Shown: piece after piece, positions 9,162 to 23,079 of the stretch
Layout: each line of letters opens with the position of its first letter
Numbering within the stretch: position 1 is the stretch's first letter
From: Auanema rhodensis
Taxonomy: Eukaryota > Animalia > Nematoda
Direction of reading: 5' to 3'
Length of the DNA: 64,000 bases
Assembly (NCBI GenBank): GCA_964057225.1
Contig: OZ059894.1
Coordinates: forward strand, 11,284,001-11,348,000
The notes under the pieces: model-generated
What the model was told of the DNA's origin: nothing
Seen by the model: the letters and a program-made list of their open reading frames with translations, nothing else
Database searches by the model: none
Program-made: the position numbers and the translations under genes

Positions 9162-10343
9162 ACAGTAAAAAGTCCAATCAAGAGAGAAATTTTTTCAACA
9201 CATAGTTGTTTTTTTTTTAAATATCATTGTTTTTCCTCATAACTCGGTTTAAACTCGTTCTAACCCGTTGAAATACGTCTAGAAAGTCTTTATAACATGC
9301 ATATGTATGATAGAACTTCATATTTATTGTAATAGAAAATTTTATTTTCAGACGTCTTGGTTAACAATGATATGTTTTACCCCCTTATAATTTTTATCAT
9401 AATGTTCCTTATACGGAACGCTCAATGAAACTTGCTTCCAGAAAAATTTCTTTCTATTTTTTCTTCATATGTACGTAGATACTATAGAGAACTATGATAG
9501 AAAACTTTAACATTCACGAAATCATCATTTCTCATTACGCTACGGAGGTTTAAAAAGCTGTGTTTTACCTTATAATAGACCGGAAAACCCTTGTGTTAAA
9601 ACTGGACCGTTTTTACACATATAAAAATGTCCCGTATTCGGGACCCTAATGTAACTTTTGATTCCCTATATTTTTTTTCATGAAATTTACAATCTACTGT
9701 AGAAAGAAGAATTATTTTTATAAAAACTGTAAATTTTTGAAAAATGAAAACAAAACGAAAACAAAAACAACTTTTTTTTGAACATTTTCTCACACAAGGG
9801 TCCCCCCTTACCTACTTTTTTTCTCATTACTCGTTTCAACCTCATCCGATCACTCTGCAAACATGTTTAATCGTTCTAACTTGTTGAAATACGTCTTAAA
9901 AGTCTAAACAACATGCATATGCATAATAGAAACCACCCGAATAGGCCCCCACGCACTAAACGAGATATATACATTACCAGTATAGTAATAGAACACATAT
10001 TGAAGATTAATTCGATAAGAACAATTTATTGACGTAGAGAATGTTTGTTCCGAAAAACTACAATATTAAACTATAAAAGTAACAAAAGCGTAGAGGCAGC
10101 AAAGACATGAATAAACATAAATGTAAATACAGAATTACCAGGTAGTACATAAGTATGACAAAAAATTATAAGAAAGCCATGAAAATAGAAGGTTTGTGAA
10201 CAAATGAGAGGTACATCTTTGATCGTATAGTCATTTCTAAACCGTTCGTATGCTGCAGCATCGTCATAAGCGTCACTCAAGTTGAATTTCCATGTGTACT
10301 ACACGATTTTCATTCTTATTGTTACATTCTTTCCCTGAGGGAA

Positions 10344-10527
10344 TGGGCCGTTCCCGCCAGCAGTGCAAGAGCGGGTCGACCCGTGAGGTGGAGCTAGCAA
10401 GCCAGCATCTACCTCAAGTCTCAAAAATCGGTTAACCTTATTGTGAACCAATGGAACACATATCGAAGGTTAATTCGATAAGAACGATTACTACACTTTG
10501 ATCTTAGCCAAAAGGCCGAGAAGCGAT
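10344..10527 (-). ncRNA. U2: U2 snRNA gene
   Basis: Matches 5727-5910. Confidence 0.96.
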
Positions 10528-10969
10528 ACAGCATAGCCATGAGTATCAAAGACATCAAGCAAATGTATCGTACTTGTTACGAGTGCACTCTCTCATTTGA
10601 ATATAAAAGTGTGGTTTGACAATCTTGACTGTACAGGTCATAAATGGCTCATATAAACTGTGGATTTACTCAACTTTTGGACTTATTTTTTTCTTATTCG
10701 AAGCGCTGCACTTTTTTCTATTCTTTTTATTCAAATACTTGTATATAGTTTTATATGTACGGTTGCAAAGTTTCCGAATATTTTATATATTTTTATACAA
10801 TAATTAGGAGAAGGTTAATACAATGAAATCTCCCAACTTTACAGTGTTTGTATTGCTTACAGTATCTAGAACAACCACTCTTGTAATATTAGAGCACATA
10901 TCAATCAACAACTTTTTCTAGTTATCAAAGCTTTTTTATTTCTTCAAGATATTTCAAATAAAATATAAA

Positions 10970-11088
10970 AGCTTACGACACCCGGGATTCCCAAGCCGTC
11001 TCCGATCCAAGTACTAACCGGGCCCAACGTTGCTTGACTTGCCAGATCGGACGGGATGGCGTACTTTCAACGTGGTATGGTCGTAAGC
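10970..11088 (-). rRNA. 5S: 5S rRNA gene
   Basis: Same 119-mer. Confidence 0.97.
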
Positions 11089-11329
11089 AATGTTATATTC
11101 TTCATTATCAGTTATATCACTCTAAATCTTGTTGTTAATAGTTAGGACCACAAAGAAAACAACAGGAACAGTAACAAATGAAATGCCCAAACTTTACAGT
11201 GTTCGAGTTATTTACAGTATCTAAGACTACCTCTGTCGTGTTATTAGAGCAAACATTCGATTAACAACAACTTTTTTTTAGTTATCAAAGCTTTTTTATT
11301 TCTTCAAAAAATTTCAAATAAAATATAAA

Positions 11330-11448
11330 AGCTTACGACACCCGGGATTCCCAAGCCGTCTCCGATCCAAGTACTAACCGGGCCCAACGTTGCTTGACTT
11401 GCCAGATCGGACGGGATGGCGTACTTTCAACGTGGTATGGTCGTAAGC
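11330..11448 (-). rRNA. 5S: 5S rRNA gene
   Basis: Same 119-mer. Confidence 0.97.
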
Positions 11449-11590
11449 AATGTCATATTCTTCATTATCAGTTATATCACTCTAAATCTTGTTGTTAATA
11501 GATACGACCACAAAGAAAACAACAGGAACAGTAACAATAACAAAAAAAATTTTTTTTTCACCTATGTGTCTAAAGGTTAGCCATGTATCC

Positions 11591-11653
<63 letters not shown>

Positions 11654-12840
11654 TATCAACAGTAAAAAGTCCAATCAAGAGAGAAATTTTTTCAACACAT
11701 AGTTGTTTTTTTTTAAAATATCATTGTTTTTCCTCATAACTCGGTTTAAACTCGTTCTAACCCGTTGAAATACGTCTAGAAAGTCTTTATAACATGCATA
11801 TGTATGATAGAACTTCATATTTATTGTAATAGAAAATTTTATTTTCAGACGTCTTGGTTAACAATGATATGTTTTACCCCCTTATAATTTTTATCATAAT
11901 GTTCCTTATACGGAACGCTCAATGAAACTTGCTTCCAGAAAAATTTCTTTCTATTTTTTCTTCATATGTACGTAGATACTATAGAGAACTATGATAGAAA
12001 ACTTTAACATTCACGAAATCATCATTTCTCATTACGCTACGGAGGTTTAAAAAGCTGTGTTTTACCTTATAATAGACCGGAAAACCCTTGTGTTAAAACT
12101 GGACCGTTTTTACACATATAAAAATGTCCCGTATTCGGGACCCTAATGTAACTTTTGATTCCCTATATTTTTTTTCATGAAATTTACAATCTACTGTAGA
12201 AAGAAGAATTATTTTTATAAAAACTGTAAATTTTTGAAAAATGAAAACAAAACGAAAACAAAAACAACTTTTTTTTGAACATTTTCTCACACAAGGGTCC
12301 CCCCTTACCTACTTTTTTTCTCATTACTCGTTTCAACCTCATCCGATCACTCTGCAAACATGTTTAATCGTTCTAACTTGTTGAAATACGTCTTAAAAGT
12401 CTAAACAACATGCATATGCATAATAGAAACCACCCGAATAGGCCCCCACGCACTAAACGAGATATATACATTACCAGTATAGTAATAGAACACATATTGA
12501 AGATTAATTCGATAAGAACAATTTATTGACGTAGAGAATGTTTGTTCCGAAAAACTACAATATTAAACTATAAAAGTAACAAAAGCGTAGAGGCAGCAAA
12601 GACATGAATAAACATAAATGTAAATACAGAATTACCAGGTAGTACATAAGTATGACAAAAAATTATAAGAAAGCCATGAAAATAGAAGGTTTGTGAACAA
12701 ATGAGAGGTACATCTTTGATCGTATAGTCATTTCTAAACCGTTCGTATGCTGCAGCATCGTCATAAGCGTCACTCAAGTTGAATTTCCATGTGTACTACA
12801 CGATTTTCATTCTTATTGTTACATTCTTTCCCTGAGGGAA

Positions 12841-12987
12841 TGGGCCGTTCCCGCCAGCAGTGCAAGAGCGGGTCGACCCGTGAGGTGGAGCTAGCAAGCC
12901 AGCATCTACCTCAAGTCTCAAAAATCGGTTAACCTTATTGTGAACCAATGGAACACATATCGAAGGTTAATTCGATAAGAACGATTA
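12841..12987 (-). pseudogene. U2: U2 3' part (nt 38-184), interrupted
   Basis: Same 3' junction as 1604/1605. Confidence 0.93.
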
Positions 12988-15706
12988 ATGGTTTATTGAA
13001 TAACTAATGTTATGAAACAATAAATAACCAATAAAAAAGAGCCCAGAATCGGGGAGACGGTATTACCAGTACAACTTAAAACAGCAAGTGATTAAAAAGT
13101 ACAAAATAAAACACATTACCAACAGAGGCTAAAACGACTCAAGAGTCGGGGGAGTGGGTTAAAAAAAGTAATGAATAACAAAAAAAATGAATAATAAAGC
13201 AGAACAGTGAAAAGTAAATATCAAGTGCCGCTATGATCAAACAATTTGAGTGCCTACGGCAATGGTGTTAAAAATAAACAACAAAATACATGTACCAATG
13301 AAGGTCAGAAAGAGAGAAAGAAAAAAGACAAAAATAAGTAATACAAAAAGTAAAAAATATATTACAATCAAATCACAAACAAGTCAATGGATAATTTCTT
13401 CTTCATACTGCCTTACACCAGAAACATGTTCCACGTAGATATTCCTGGCCCACTTGATGGTATCGGCGACGACGAGCTTCTCCATTAGCCGGTTGTAGTG
13501 GCTGCTGATCTTGAGTGATCGGAGGGCTTGTACGTTGAGCGGGTCCATAGTTCCAAGCATTCCTACGACATACGCTTCTACACTAGTCTTATAACCAAGA
13601 CATTGGTATTGGCTGGCTATGTCAGCATATTTCCTCTCCTTTATCATACGCGCGGCTATCATGGCTTGTCGGCGGTTTTCATAGCTCACTGTAACATCAA
13701 CGATACTACAGTGTTTTGCGTCATGATCGACCACTACTATGTCAGGTCGGAGTGTACTATTAATGCCAGGAAGAGGCTGGTTAGTGTAAACTTCTCCGTT
13801 TTTAGGCTCTGGCAGGGCTTTGATAAGACGGTCCACGATGTTGTTGTGGCGGAGTTGGATTGCTCTCGTGTGAAAGTGGCAGTGTCCAAGAACATGTGCA
13901 GCAGTTTCGTTGGGGTAACTACACCTGCGGCACTGTTTGTTTCCTTCTCCGTGTCTTCTACAGCCATTGAGCTGGAGAGTATTAAGTCGAGCCTTGTGGA
14001 TGAATCGCCAATCAGCAAACCGTATGAAATCTCCCTTCGCCATAAAGTGATTGGACGCTTTGTTGAGCATTGTGACATCAAAGACTTTCCCTTGATCCGG
14101 TTTTTGAAGAAGGATCCGAAGGTCTTTCAGCCATAATGCACGTCGCAGGCTTCTGTGGCATAGTGAAGGTGTTAACAGTTGGTTGTTTAGATTGAGTTCT
14201 AAACCACTTTCGAGGCATGTCCAGTTAGCGTTGATGAGTTTCTTGAGTTGACGCATCGCTACTCTTACTCTAGTCCAGATGGAGGAAACATCAGATGTTT
14301 CGGTGTCGAAAATGCCATCAACGGAACCGTTGTAATATGCAGCTGTCTCATCGTTACTGGCTTGACGTTTAATCCTTTTTGATGCTACTTTTATTGAGTC
14401 TTGATGCGCAATATCAGCTACTACAAGATCAGATGACTTCAAAAGTTGGTAGGCATGAGTGACTTCACAGACGTCTGACAGGTGTTGGAGTCGAGAGAGA
14501 CCAAGTCCGCCGTAGTTAGTTGGCAGGTAGATTGGTTCAGCACTGGCGTTTGGAGGATAGTGCATCCATCTACGGGCACAGCGTTTGAGTTCTTTGTCAA
14601 AGGCGACTAGTTTACTCTTTGGGACGTGGCCATTCGTCATATGAAAATTAAGGCAGGGCATCAGGAAGGTGCGTACTGCGTCAGCTTTCTGCCATTCAGC
14701 CAGTAAGGATTTGTCAATTTTTTCCAAGTGTTGACTCATGATATTCACTGTTGGAACCGCAGACTTATGTAAATGCATTCCAGTAGGGATTCCCAGGTGG
14801 GAGTAGCTGTCAAATTTGCTGAGAGCGGGTAGAAAGCAGCTCTGAAGCATGTATGAGGCTGTTGATATTTTCCCTTTGTCGATCGTCAAAGTGGCGCATT
14901 TCGCTGGTTTGAAGGTCAAGCCTGTGAAATTAGCCGCATTTGATGCTGCGTCCAACATTTTCTGTAGATCTTCTGATGATGAGGAGACCAGGGCAAGGTC
15001 ATCGGCGTACGCTAGCACAGCGATGTTGTGATTGTGTAGCTTATAGCCTGTAGAGGTTTCCAAGATGGTTTTAATTAGAGGTTCAATGGCAAGGTTGAAC
15101 AGGATCGGAGATAGTGGGGATCCTTGTAACACACCTGCGTGAACTGGAATGGTCGAAGTGAGTCCGGAGCCTGTCTGGATTCTTGTAGAGGCATCTGTGT
15201 ATAGAGCTCGTACTCGGGATATTGAGGCTTCAGCCATTCCTGACCATCTTAGAACGTCTAGCAGAGTTTCGTGTGGCAGCGATCCAAAAGCGTTTGCGAG
15301 ATCAAGCCAAGCAATTGCAATTTTCTCACGTTTACGTTTAGCGTCTGCAATGGTACTTTGCAACAAAAAGTTGTGTTCCATGCATCCAGCTTTGGCCACA
15401 AAGCCCTTTTGGGAGGGAGAAAGTCTTTTTTCTGCTCTTGCCCATGTTAGCAGTCGATGCGTAAGACAAGCTGAGTACGTCTTACCAATTGTGCACGAAA
15501 GTGCTATTGGTCGCCAGTTGTTAATGTCAGCTTTATCACCTTTCTTATGGATGAGGACGGTGGTCGACTCTTTCCAGGAAAAAGGGATGTGTCCTAGCTT
15601 GTGTACGGTGTTAAATATCGCTGCTAATATGTGACCTCCTTGGTCAAATTTCTTCCAGTGCGAGTATCGAAGTCCATCAGCTCCTGGAGCCGTATCGCTG
15701 CAACGT
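12988..15706 (-). mobile_element. 5'-truncated Utopia-like copy (2.7 kb)
   Basis: Colinear with 1605-4323; ends at ...gctgcaacgt. Confidence 0.94.
13384..15706 (-). pseudogene. Truncated RT-RLE coding region lacking the N-terminus
   Basis: ORF track 13384-15399 matches the C-terminal 671 aa. Confidence 0.9.
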
Positions 15707-15767
15707 AGTAATCGTTCTTATCGAATTAACCTTCGATATGTGTTCCATTGGTTCACAATAAGGTTAA
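15705..15767 (+). pseudogene. U2: U2 nt 34-96 heading the inverted element
   Basis: gtagtaatcgttc...aaggttaa, then tggctaaatcg. Confidence 0.9.
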
Positions 15768-18700
15768 TGGCTAAATCGATATTGCAACTGTACTACGTAA
15801 GTCTTTAGATCTGCTAGAGATGGAGCAAGGGCTTTACAAGCTAAAGGTGCCTCTTCAGAGCCCTTTTTCTTGTTCAATCTGCGCTCCTATTCCGCGATCC
15901 TACTCAGACCACAATGGTCTCGTCCGCCATCTTCGGAGAGAACATGAGGTCGGAGTAGAATTTGAGTGCCGTGCCTGTGGCCTCACCAGCAATCTGAAGG
16001 CCGTTAAAAGCCATCAGAAAAAAGCTGAAGGATGCCTCCGCATCATAGAGGAAACTGTGGTGATCTCACCTCTATCTCCGAGAGAGCCCAGTTCCCGCCC
16101 TATATTGCGGAGGATCAGGAACACCCGCCCACCAGGCACAAGGACGACCACCCCGCCCGTGGAGGAGCGTACAATGGAGGAAACATCATCCAGTGGACAG
16201 GAACAAGGATCTCCATCAACGGTACGCTTGTTTGAGGCCCCAATTCTGGACTTGTCCCCAGAGGCCGAAGTTTCCCCCCTTCCGCGAGAGAGTGAAATAT
16301 TCAACGAGATCAGGGTTCCGAGTACAGAACCATCTTTTGCCGACCCTGATCCGAATAGAAACTCTGAAAATATTTGGGTGGATAGAATTAAAAAGGTAGT
16401 GTGCAAAAGTGAGCTCGAGCAGGTCCTGGAAGAGTTGATAGACACAATCAGAAAGTCTCTTGACATTATGATCAAAGTTCCCAACTTCCGACAAAGGCGC
16501 CGACCACACACACAACCTGAGGAAGACCAAAAAACCCAGGCGATGAAGATCCAGAAGCTTTGGAGGGCCAACAAGAAGAAAGCCTTTCGACAACTGCTCG
16601 GAGAACAAAGTGAAACCTGCACCATACCATCTGCAGATGTTGAAAAACACTTCCTTTCTGTTCACAGCAGTCAAGGCCCAGCCCTCCCCATCACAGTCAC
16701 CAGACCGGATTTGCCAACTAGTACCGACCCATTAGAAGGTGTTTTCACCCCTTTGGAAGTCTGGGAACGCATACGACGTTGCAGCGATACGGCTCCAGGA
16801 GCTGATGGACTTCGATACTCGCACTGGAAGAAATTTGACCAAGGAGGTCACATATTAGCAGCGATATTTAACACCGTACACAAGCTAGGACACATCCCTT
16901 TTTCCTGGAAAGAGTCGACCACCGTCCTCATCCATAAGAAAGGTGATAAAGCTGACATTAACAACTGGCGACCAATAGCACTTTCGTGCACAATTGGTAA
17001 GACGTACTCAGCTTGTCTTACGCATCGACTGCTAACATGGGCAAGAGCAGAAAAAAGACTTTCTCCCTCCCAAAAGGGCTTTGTGGCCAAAGCTGGATGC
17101 ATGGAACACAACTTTTTGTTGCAAAGTACCATTGCAGACGCTAAACGTAAACGTGAGAAAATTGCAATTGCTTGGCTTGATCTCGCAAACGCTTTTGGAT
17201 CGCTGCCACACGAAACTCTGCTAGACGTTCTAAGATGGTCAGGAATGGCTGAAGCCTCAATATCCCGAGTACGAGCTCTATACACAGATGCCTCTACAAG
17301 AATCCAGACAGGCTCCGGACTCACTTCGACCATTCCAGTTCACGCAGGTGTGTTACAAGGATCCCCACTATCTCCGATCCTGTTCAACCTTGCCATTGAA
17401 CCTCTAATTAAAACCATCTTGGAAACCTCTACAGGCTATAAGCTACACAATCACAACATCGCTGTGCTAGCGTACGCCGATGACCTTGCCCTGGTCTCCT
17501 CATCATCAGAAGATCTACAGAAAATGTTGGACGCAGCATCAAATGCGGCTAATTTCACAGGCTTGACCTTCAAACCAGCGAAATGCGCCACTTTGACGAT
17601 CGACAAAGGGAAAATATCAACAGCCTCATACATGCTTCAGAGCTGCTTTCTACCCGCTCTCAGCAAATTTGACAGCTACTCCCACCTGGGAATCCCTACT
17701 GGAATGCATTTACATAAGTCTGCGGTTCCAACAGTGAATATCATGAGTCAACACTTGGAAAAAATTGACAAATCCTTACTGGCTGAATGGCAGAAAGCTG
17801 ACGCAGTACGCACCTTCCTGATGCCCTGCCTTAATTTTCATATGACGAATGGCCACGTCCCAAAGGGAAAGTCTTTGATGTCACAATGCTCAACAAAGCG
17901 TCCAATCACTTTATGGCGAAGGGAGATTTCATACGGTTTGCTGATTGGCGATTCATCCACAAGGCTCGACTTAATACTCTCCAGCTCAATGGCTGTAGAA
18001 GACACGGAGAAGGAAACAAACAGTGCCGCAGGTGTAGTTACCCCAACGAAACTGCTGCACATGTTCTTGGACACTGCCACTTTCACACGAGAGCAATCCA
18101 ACTCCGCCACAACAACATCGTGGACCGTCTTATCAAAGCCCTGCCAGAGCCTAAAAACGGAGAAGTTTACACTAACCAGCCTCTTCCTGGCATTAATAGT
18201 ACACTCCGACCTGACATAGTAGTGGTCGATCATGACGCAAAACACTGTAGTATCGTTGATGTTACAGTGAGCTATGAAAACCGCCGACAAGCCATGATAG
18301 CCGCGCGTATGATAAAGGAGAGGAAATATGCTGACATAGCCAGCCAATACCAATGTCTTGGTTATAAGACTAGTGTAGAAGCGTATGTCGTAGGAATGCT
18401 TGGAACTATGGACCCGCTCAACGTACAAGCCCTCCGATCACTCAAGATCAGCAGCCACTACAACCGGCTAATGGAGAAGCTCGTCGTCGCCGATACCATC
18501 AAGTGGGCCAGGAATATCTACGTGGAACATGTTTCTGGTGTAAGGCAGTATGAAGAAGAAATTATCCATTGACTTGTTTGTGATTTGATTGTAATATATT
18601 TTTTACTTTTTGTATTACTTATTTTTGTCTTTTTTCTTTCTCTCTTTCTGACCTTCATTGGTACATGTATTTTGTTTTTTATTTTTAACACTATTGCCGT

Positions 18701-18968
18701 AGGCACTCAAATTGTTTGATCATAGCGGCACTTGATATTTACTTTTCACTGTTCTGCTTTATTATTCATTTTTTTTGTTATTCATTACTTTTTTTAACCC
18801 ACTCCCCCGACTCTTGAGTCGTTTTAGCCTCTGTTGGTAATGTGTTTTATTTTGTACTTTTTAATCACTTGCTGTTTTAAGTTGTACTGGTAATACCGTC
18901 TCCCCGATTCTGGGCTCTTTTTTATTGGTTATTTATTGTATCATAACATTAGTTATTCAATAAACCAT
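15768..18968 (+). mobile_element. Utopia-like copy with both ends intact and a 526-bp internal deletion
   Basis: Junction cccaaag/ggaaagtc near 17865 with AAG microhomology. Confidence 0.94.
15820..18572 (+). pseudogene. Frameshifted retrotransposon ORF
   Basis: ORFs 15820-18219 and 17886-18572; 2753 nt versus 3279 nt in the intact copy. Confidence 0.92.
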
Positions 18969-19115
18969 TAATCGTTCTTATCGAATTAACCTTCGATATG
19001 TGTTCCATTGGTTCACAATAAGGTTAACCGATTTTTGAGACTTGAGGTAGATGCTGGCTTGCTAGCTCCACCTCACGGGTCGACCCGCTCTTGCACTGCT
19101 GGCGGGAACGGCCCA
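18969..19115 (+). pseudogene. U2: U2 3' part (nt 38-184), inverted
   Basis: aataaaccat/taatcgttctt junction. Confidence 0.93.
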
Positions 19116-20293
19116 TTCCCTCAGGGAAAGAATGTAACAATAAGAATGAAAATCGTGTAGTACACATGGAAATTCAACTTGAGTGACGCTTATGACGATG
19201 CTGCAGCATACGAACGGTTTAGAAATGACTATACGATCAAAGATGTACCTCTCATTTGTTCACAAACCTTCTATTTTCATGGCTTTCTTATAATTTTTTG
19301 TCATACTTATGTACTACCTGGTAATTCTGTATTTACATTTATGTTTATTCATGTCTTTGCTGCCTCTACGCTTTTGTTACTTTTATAGTTTAATATTGTA
19401 GTTTTTCGGAACAAACATTCTCTACGTCAATAAATTGTTCTTATCGAATTAATCTTCAATATGTGTTCTATTACTATACTGGTAATGTATATATCTCGTT
19501 TAGTGCGTGGGGGCCTATTCGGGTGGTTTCTATTATGCATATGCATGTTGTTTAGACTTTTAAGACGTATTTCAACAAGTTAGAACGATTAAACATGTTT
19601 GCAGAGTGATCGGATGAGGTTGAAACGAGTAATGAGAAAAAAAGTAGGTAAGGGGGGACCCTTGTGTGAGAAAATGTTCAAAAAAAAGTTGTTTTTGTTT
19701 TCGTTTTGTTTTCATTTTTCAAAAATTTACAGTTTTTATAAAAATAATTCTTCTTTCTACAGTAGATTGTAAATTTCATGAAAAAAAATATAGGGAATCA
19801 AAAGTTACATTAGGGTCCCGAATACGGGACATTTTTATATGTGTAAAAACGGTCCAGTTTTAACACAAGGGTTTTCCGGTCTATTATAAGGTAAAACACA
19901 GCTTTTTAAACCTCCGTAGCGTAATGAGAAATGATGATTTCGTGAATGTTAAAGTTTTCTATCATAGTTCTCTATAGTATCTACGTACATATGAAGAAAA
20001 AATAGAAAGAAATTTTTCTGGAAGCAAGTTTCATTGAGCGTTCCGTATAAGGAACATTATGATAAAAATTATAAGGGGGTAAAACATATCATTGTTAACC
20101 AAGACGTCTGAAAATAAAATCAACAACAGGAACAGTAACAAATGAAATGCCCAAACTTTACAGTGTTCGAGTTATTTACAGTATCTAAGACTACCTCTGT
20201 CGTGTTATTAGAGCAAACATTCGATTAACAACAACTTTTTTTTAGTTATCAAAGCTTTTTTATTTCTTCAAAAAATTTCAAATAAAATATAAA

Positions 20294-20412
20294 AGCTTAC
20301 GACACCCGGGATTCCCAAGCCGTCTCCGATCCAAGTACTAACCGGGCCCAACGTTGCTTGACTTGCCAGATCGGACGGGATGGCGTACTTTCAACGTGGT
20401 ATGGTCGTAAGC
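20294..20412 (-). rRNA. 5S: 5S rRNA gene
   Basis: Same 119-mer. Confidence 0.97.
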
Positions 20413-20554
20413 AATGTCATATTCTTCATTATCAGTTATATCACTCTAAATCTTGTTGTTAATAGATACGACCACAAAGAAAACAACAGGAACAGTAACA
20501 ATAACAAAAAAAATTTTTTTTTCACCTATGTGTCTAAAGGTTAGCCATGTATCC

Positions 20555-20602
<48 letters not shown>

Positions 20603-21784
20603 ACAGTAAAAAGTCCAATCAAGAGAGAAATTTTTTCAACACATAGTTGTTTTTTTTTTAAATATCATTGTTTTTCCTCATAACTCGGTTTAAACTCGTT
20701 CTAACCCGTTGAAATACGTCTAGAAAGTCTTTATAACATGCATATGTATGATAGAACTTCATATTTATTGTAATAGAAAATTTTATTTTCAGACGTCTTG
20801 GTTAACAATGATATGTTTTACCCCCTTATAATTTTTATCATAATGTTCCTTATACGGAACGCTCAATGAAACTTGCTTCCAGAAAAATTTCTTTCTATTT
20901 TTTCTTCATATGTACGTAGATACTATAGAGAACTATGATAGAAAACTTTAACATTCACGAAATCATCATTTCTCATTACGCTACGGAGGTTTAAAAAGCT
21001 GTGTTTTACCTTATAATAGACCGGAAAACCCTTGTGTTAAAACTGGACCGTTTTTACACATATAAAAATGTCCCGTATTCGGGACCCTAATGTAACTTTT
21101 GATTCCCTATATTTTTTTTCATGAAATTTACAATCTACTGTAGAAAGAAGAATTATTTTTATAAAAACTGTAAATTTTTGAAAAATGAAAACAAAACGAA
21201 AACAAAAACAACTTTTTTTTGAACATTTTCTCACACAAGGGTCCCCCCTTACCTACTTTTTTTCTCATTACTCGTTTCAACCTCATCCGATCACTCTGCA
21301 AACATGTTTAATCGTTCTAACTTGTTGAAATACGTCTTAAAAGTCTAAACAACATGCATATGCATAATAGAAACCACCCGAATAGGCCCCCACGCACTAA
21401 ACGAGATATATACATTACCAGTATAGTAATAGAACACATATTGAAGATTAATTCGATAAGAACAATTTATTGACGTAGAGAATGTTTGTTCCGAAAAACT
21501 ACAATATTAAACTATAAAAGTAACAAAAGCGTAGAGGCAGCAAAGACATGAATAAACATAAATGTAAATACAGAATTACCAGGTAGTACATAAGTATGAC
21601 AAAAAATTATAAGAAAGCCATGAAAATAGAAGGTTTGTGAACAAATGAGAGGTACATCTTTGATCGTATAGTCATTTCTAAACCGTTCGTATGCTGCAGC
21701 ATCGTCATAAGCGTCACTCAAGTTGAATTTCCATGTGTACTACACGATTTTCATTCTTATTGTTACATTCTTTCCCTGAGGGAA

Positions 21785-21968
21785 TGGGCCGTTCCCGCCA
21801 GCAGTGCAAGAGCGGGTCGACCCGTGAGGTGGAGCTAGCAAGCCAGCATCTACCTCAAGTCTCAAAAATCGGTTAACCTTATTGTGAACCAATGGAACAC
21901 ATATCGAAGGTTAATTCGATAAGAACGATTACTACACTTTGATCTTAGCCAAAAGGCCGAGAAGCGAT
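21785..21968 (-). ncRNA. U2: U2 snRNA gene
   Basis: Matches 5727-5910. Confidence 0.96.
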
Positions 21969-22410
21969 ACAGCATAGCCATGAGTATCAAAGACATCAAG
22001 CAAATGTATCGTACTTGTTACGAGTGCACTCTCTCATTTGAATATAAAAGTGTGGTTTGACAATCTTGACTGTACAGGTCATAAATGGCTCATATAAACT
22101 GTGGATTTACTCAACTTTTGGACTTATTTTTTTCTTATTCGAAGCGCTGCACTTTTTTCTATTCTTTTTATTCAAATACTTGTATATAGTTTTATATGTA
22201 CGGTTGCAAAGTTTCCGAATATTTTATATATTTTTATACAATAATTAGGAGAAGGTTAATACAATGAAATCTCCCAACTTTACAGTGTTTGTATTGCTTA
22301 CAGTATCTAGAACAACCACTCTTGTAATATTAGAGCACATATCAATCAACAACTTTTTCTAGTTATCAAAGCTTTTTTATTTCTTCAAGATATTTCAAAT
22401 AAAATATAAA

Positions 22411-22529
22411 AGCTTACGACACCCGGGATTCCCAAGCCGTCTCCGATCCAAGTACTAACCGGGCCCAACGTTGCTTGACTTGCCAGATCGGACGGGATGG
22501 CGTACTTTCAACGTGGTATGGTCGTAAGC
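22411..22529 (-). rRNA. 5S: 5S rRNA gene
   Basis: Same 119-mer. Confidence 0.97.
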
Positions 22530-22770
22530 AATGTTATATTCTTCATTATCAGTTATATCACTCTAAATCTTGTTGTTAATAGTTAGGACCACAAAGAAAA
22601 CAACAGGAACAGTAACAAATGAAATGCCCAAACTTTACAGTGTTCGAGTTATTTACAGTATCTAAGACTACCTCTGTCGTGTTATTAGAGCAAACATTCG
22701 ATTAACAACAACTTTTTTTTAGTTATCAAAGCTTTTTTATTTCTTCAAAAAATTTCAAATAAAATATAAA

Positions 22771-22889
22771 AGCTTACGACACCCGGGATTCCCAAGCCGT
22801 CTCCGATCCAAGTACTAACCGGGCCCAACGTTGCTTGACTTGCCAGATCGGACGGGATGGCGTACTTTCAACGTGGTATGGTCGTAAGC
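22771..22889 (-). rRNA. 5S: 5S rRNA gene
   Basis: Same 119-mer. Confidence 0.97.
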
Positions 22890-23031
22890 AATGTCATATT
22901 CTTCATTATCAGTTATATCACTCTAAATCTTGTTGTTAATAGATACGACCACAAAGAAAACAACAGGAACAGTAACAATAACAAAAAAAATTTTTTTTTC
23001 ACCTATGTGTCTAAAGGTTAGCCATGTATCC

Positions 23032-23079
<48 letters not shown>

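Larger units (their letters stand above)
15705..20120 (+). other. Inverted block (U2 fragment, element, U2 3' part, spacer)
   Basis: Reverse complement of array and element sequence; normal orientation resumes at 20122 between the two 5S positions. Confidence 0.93.
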
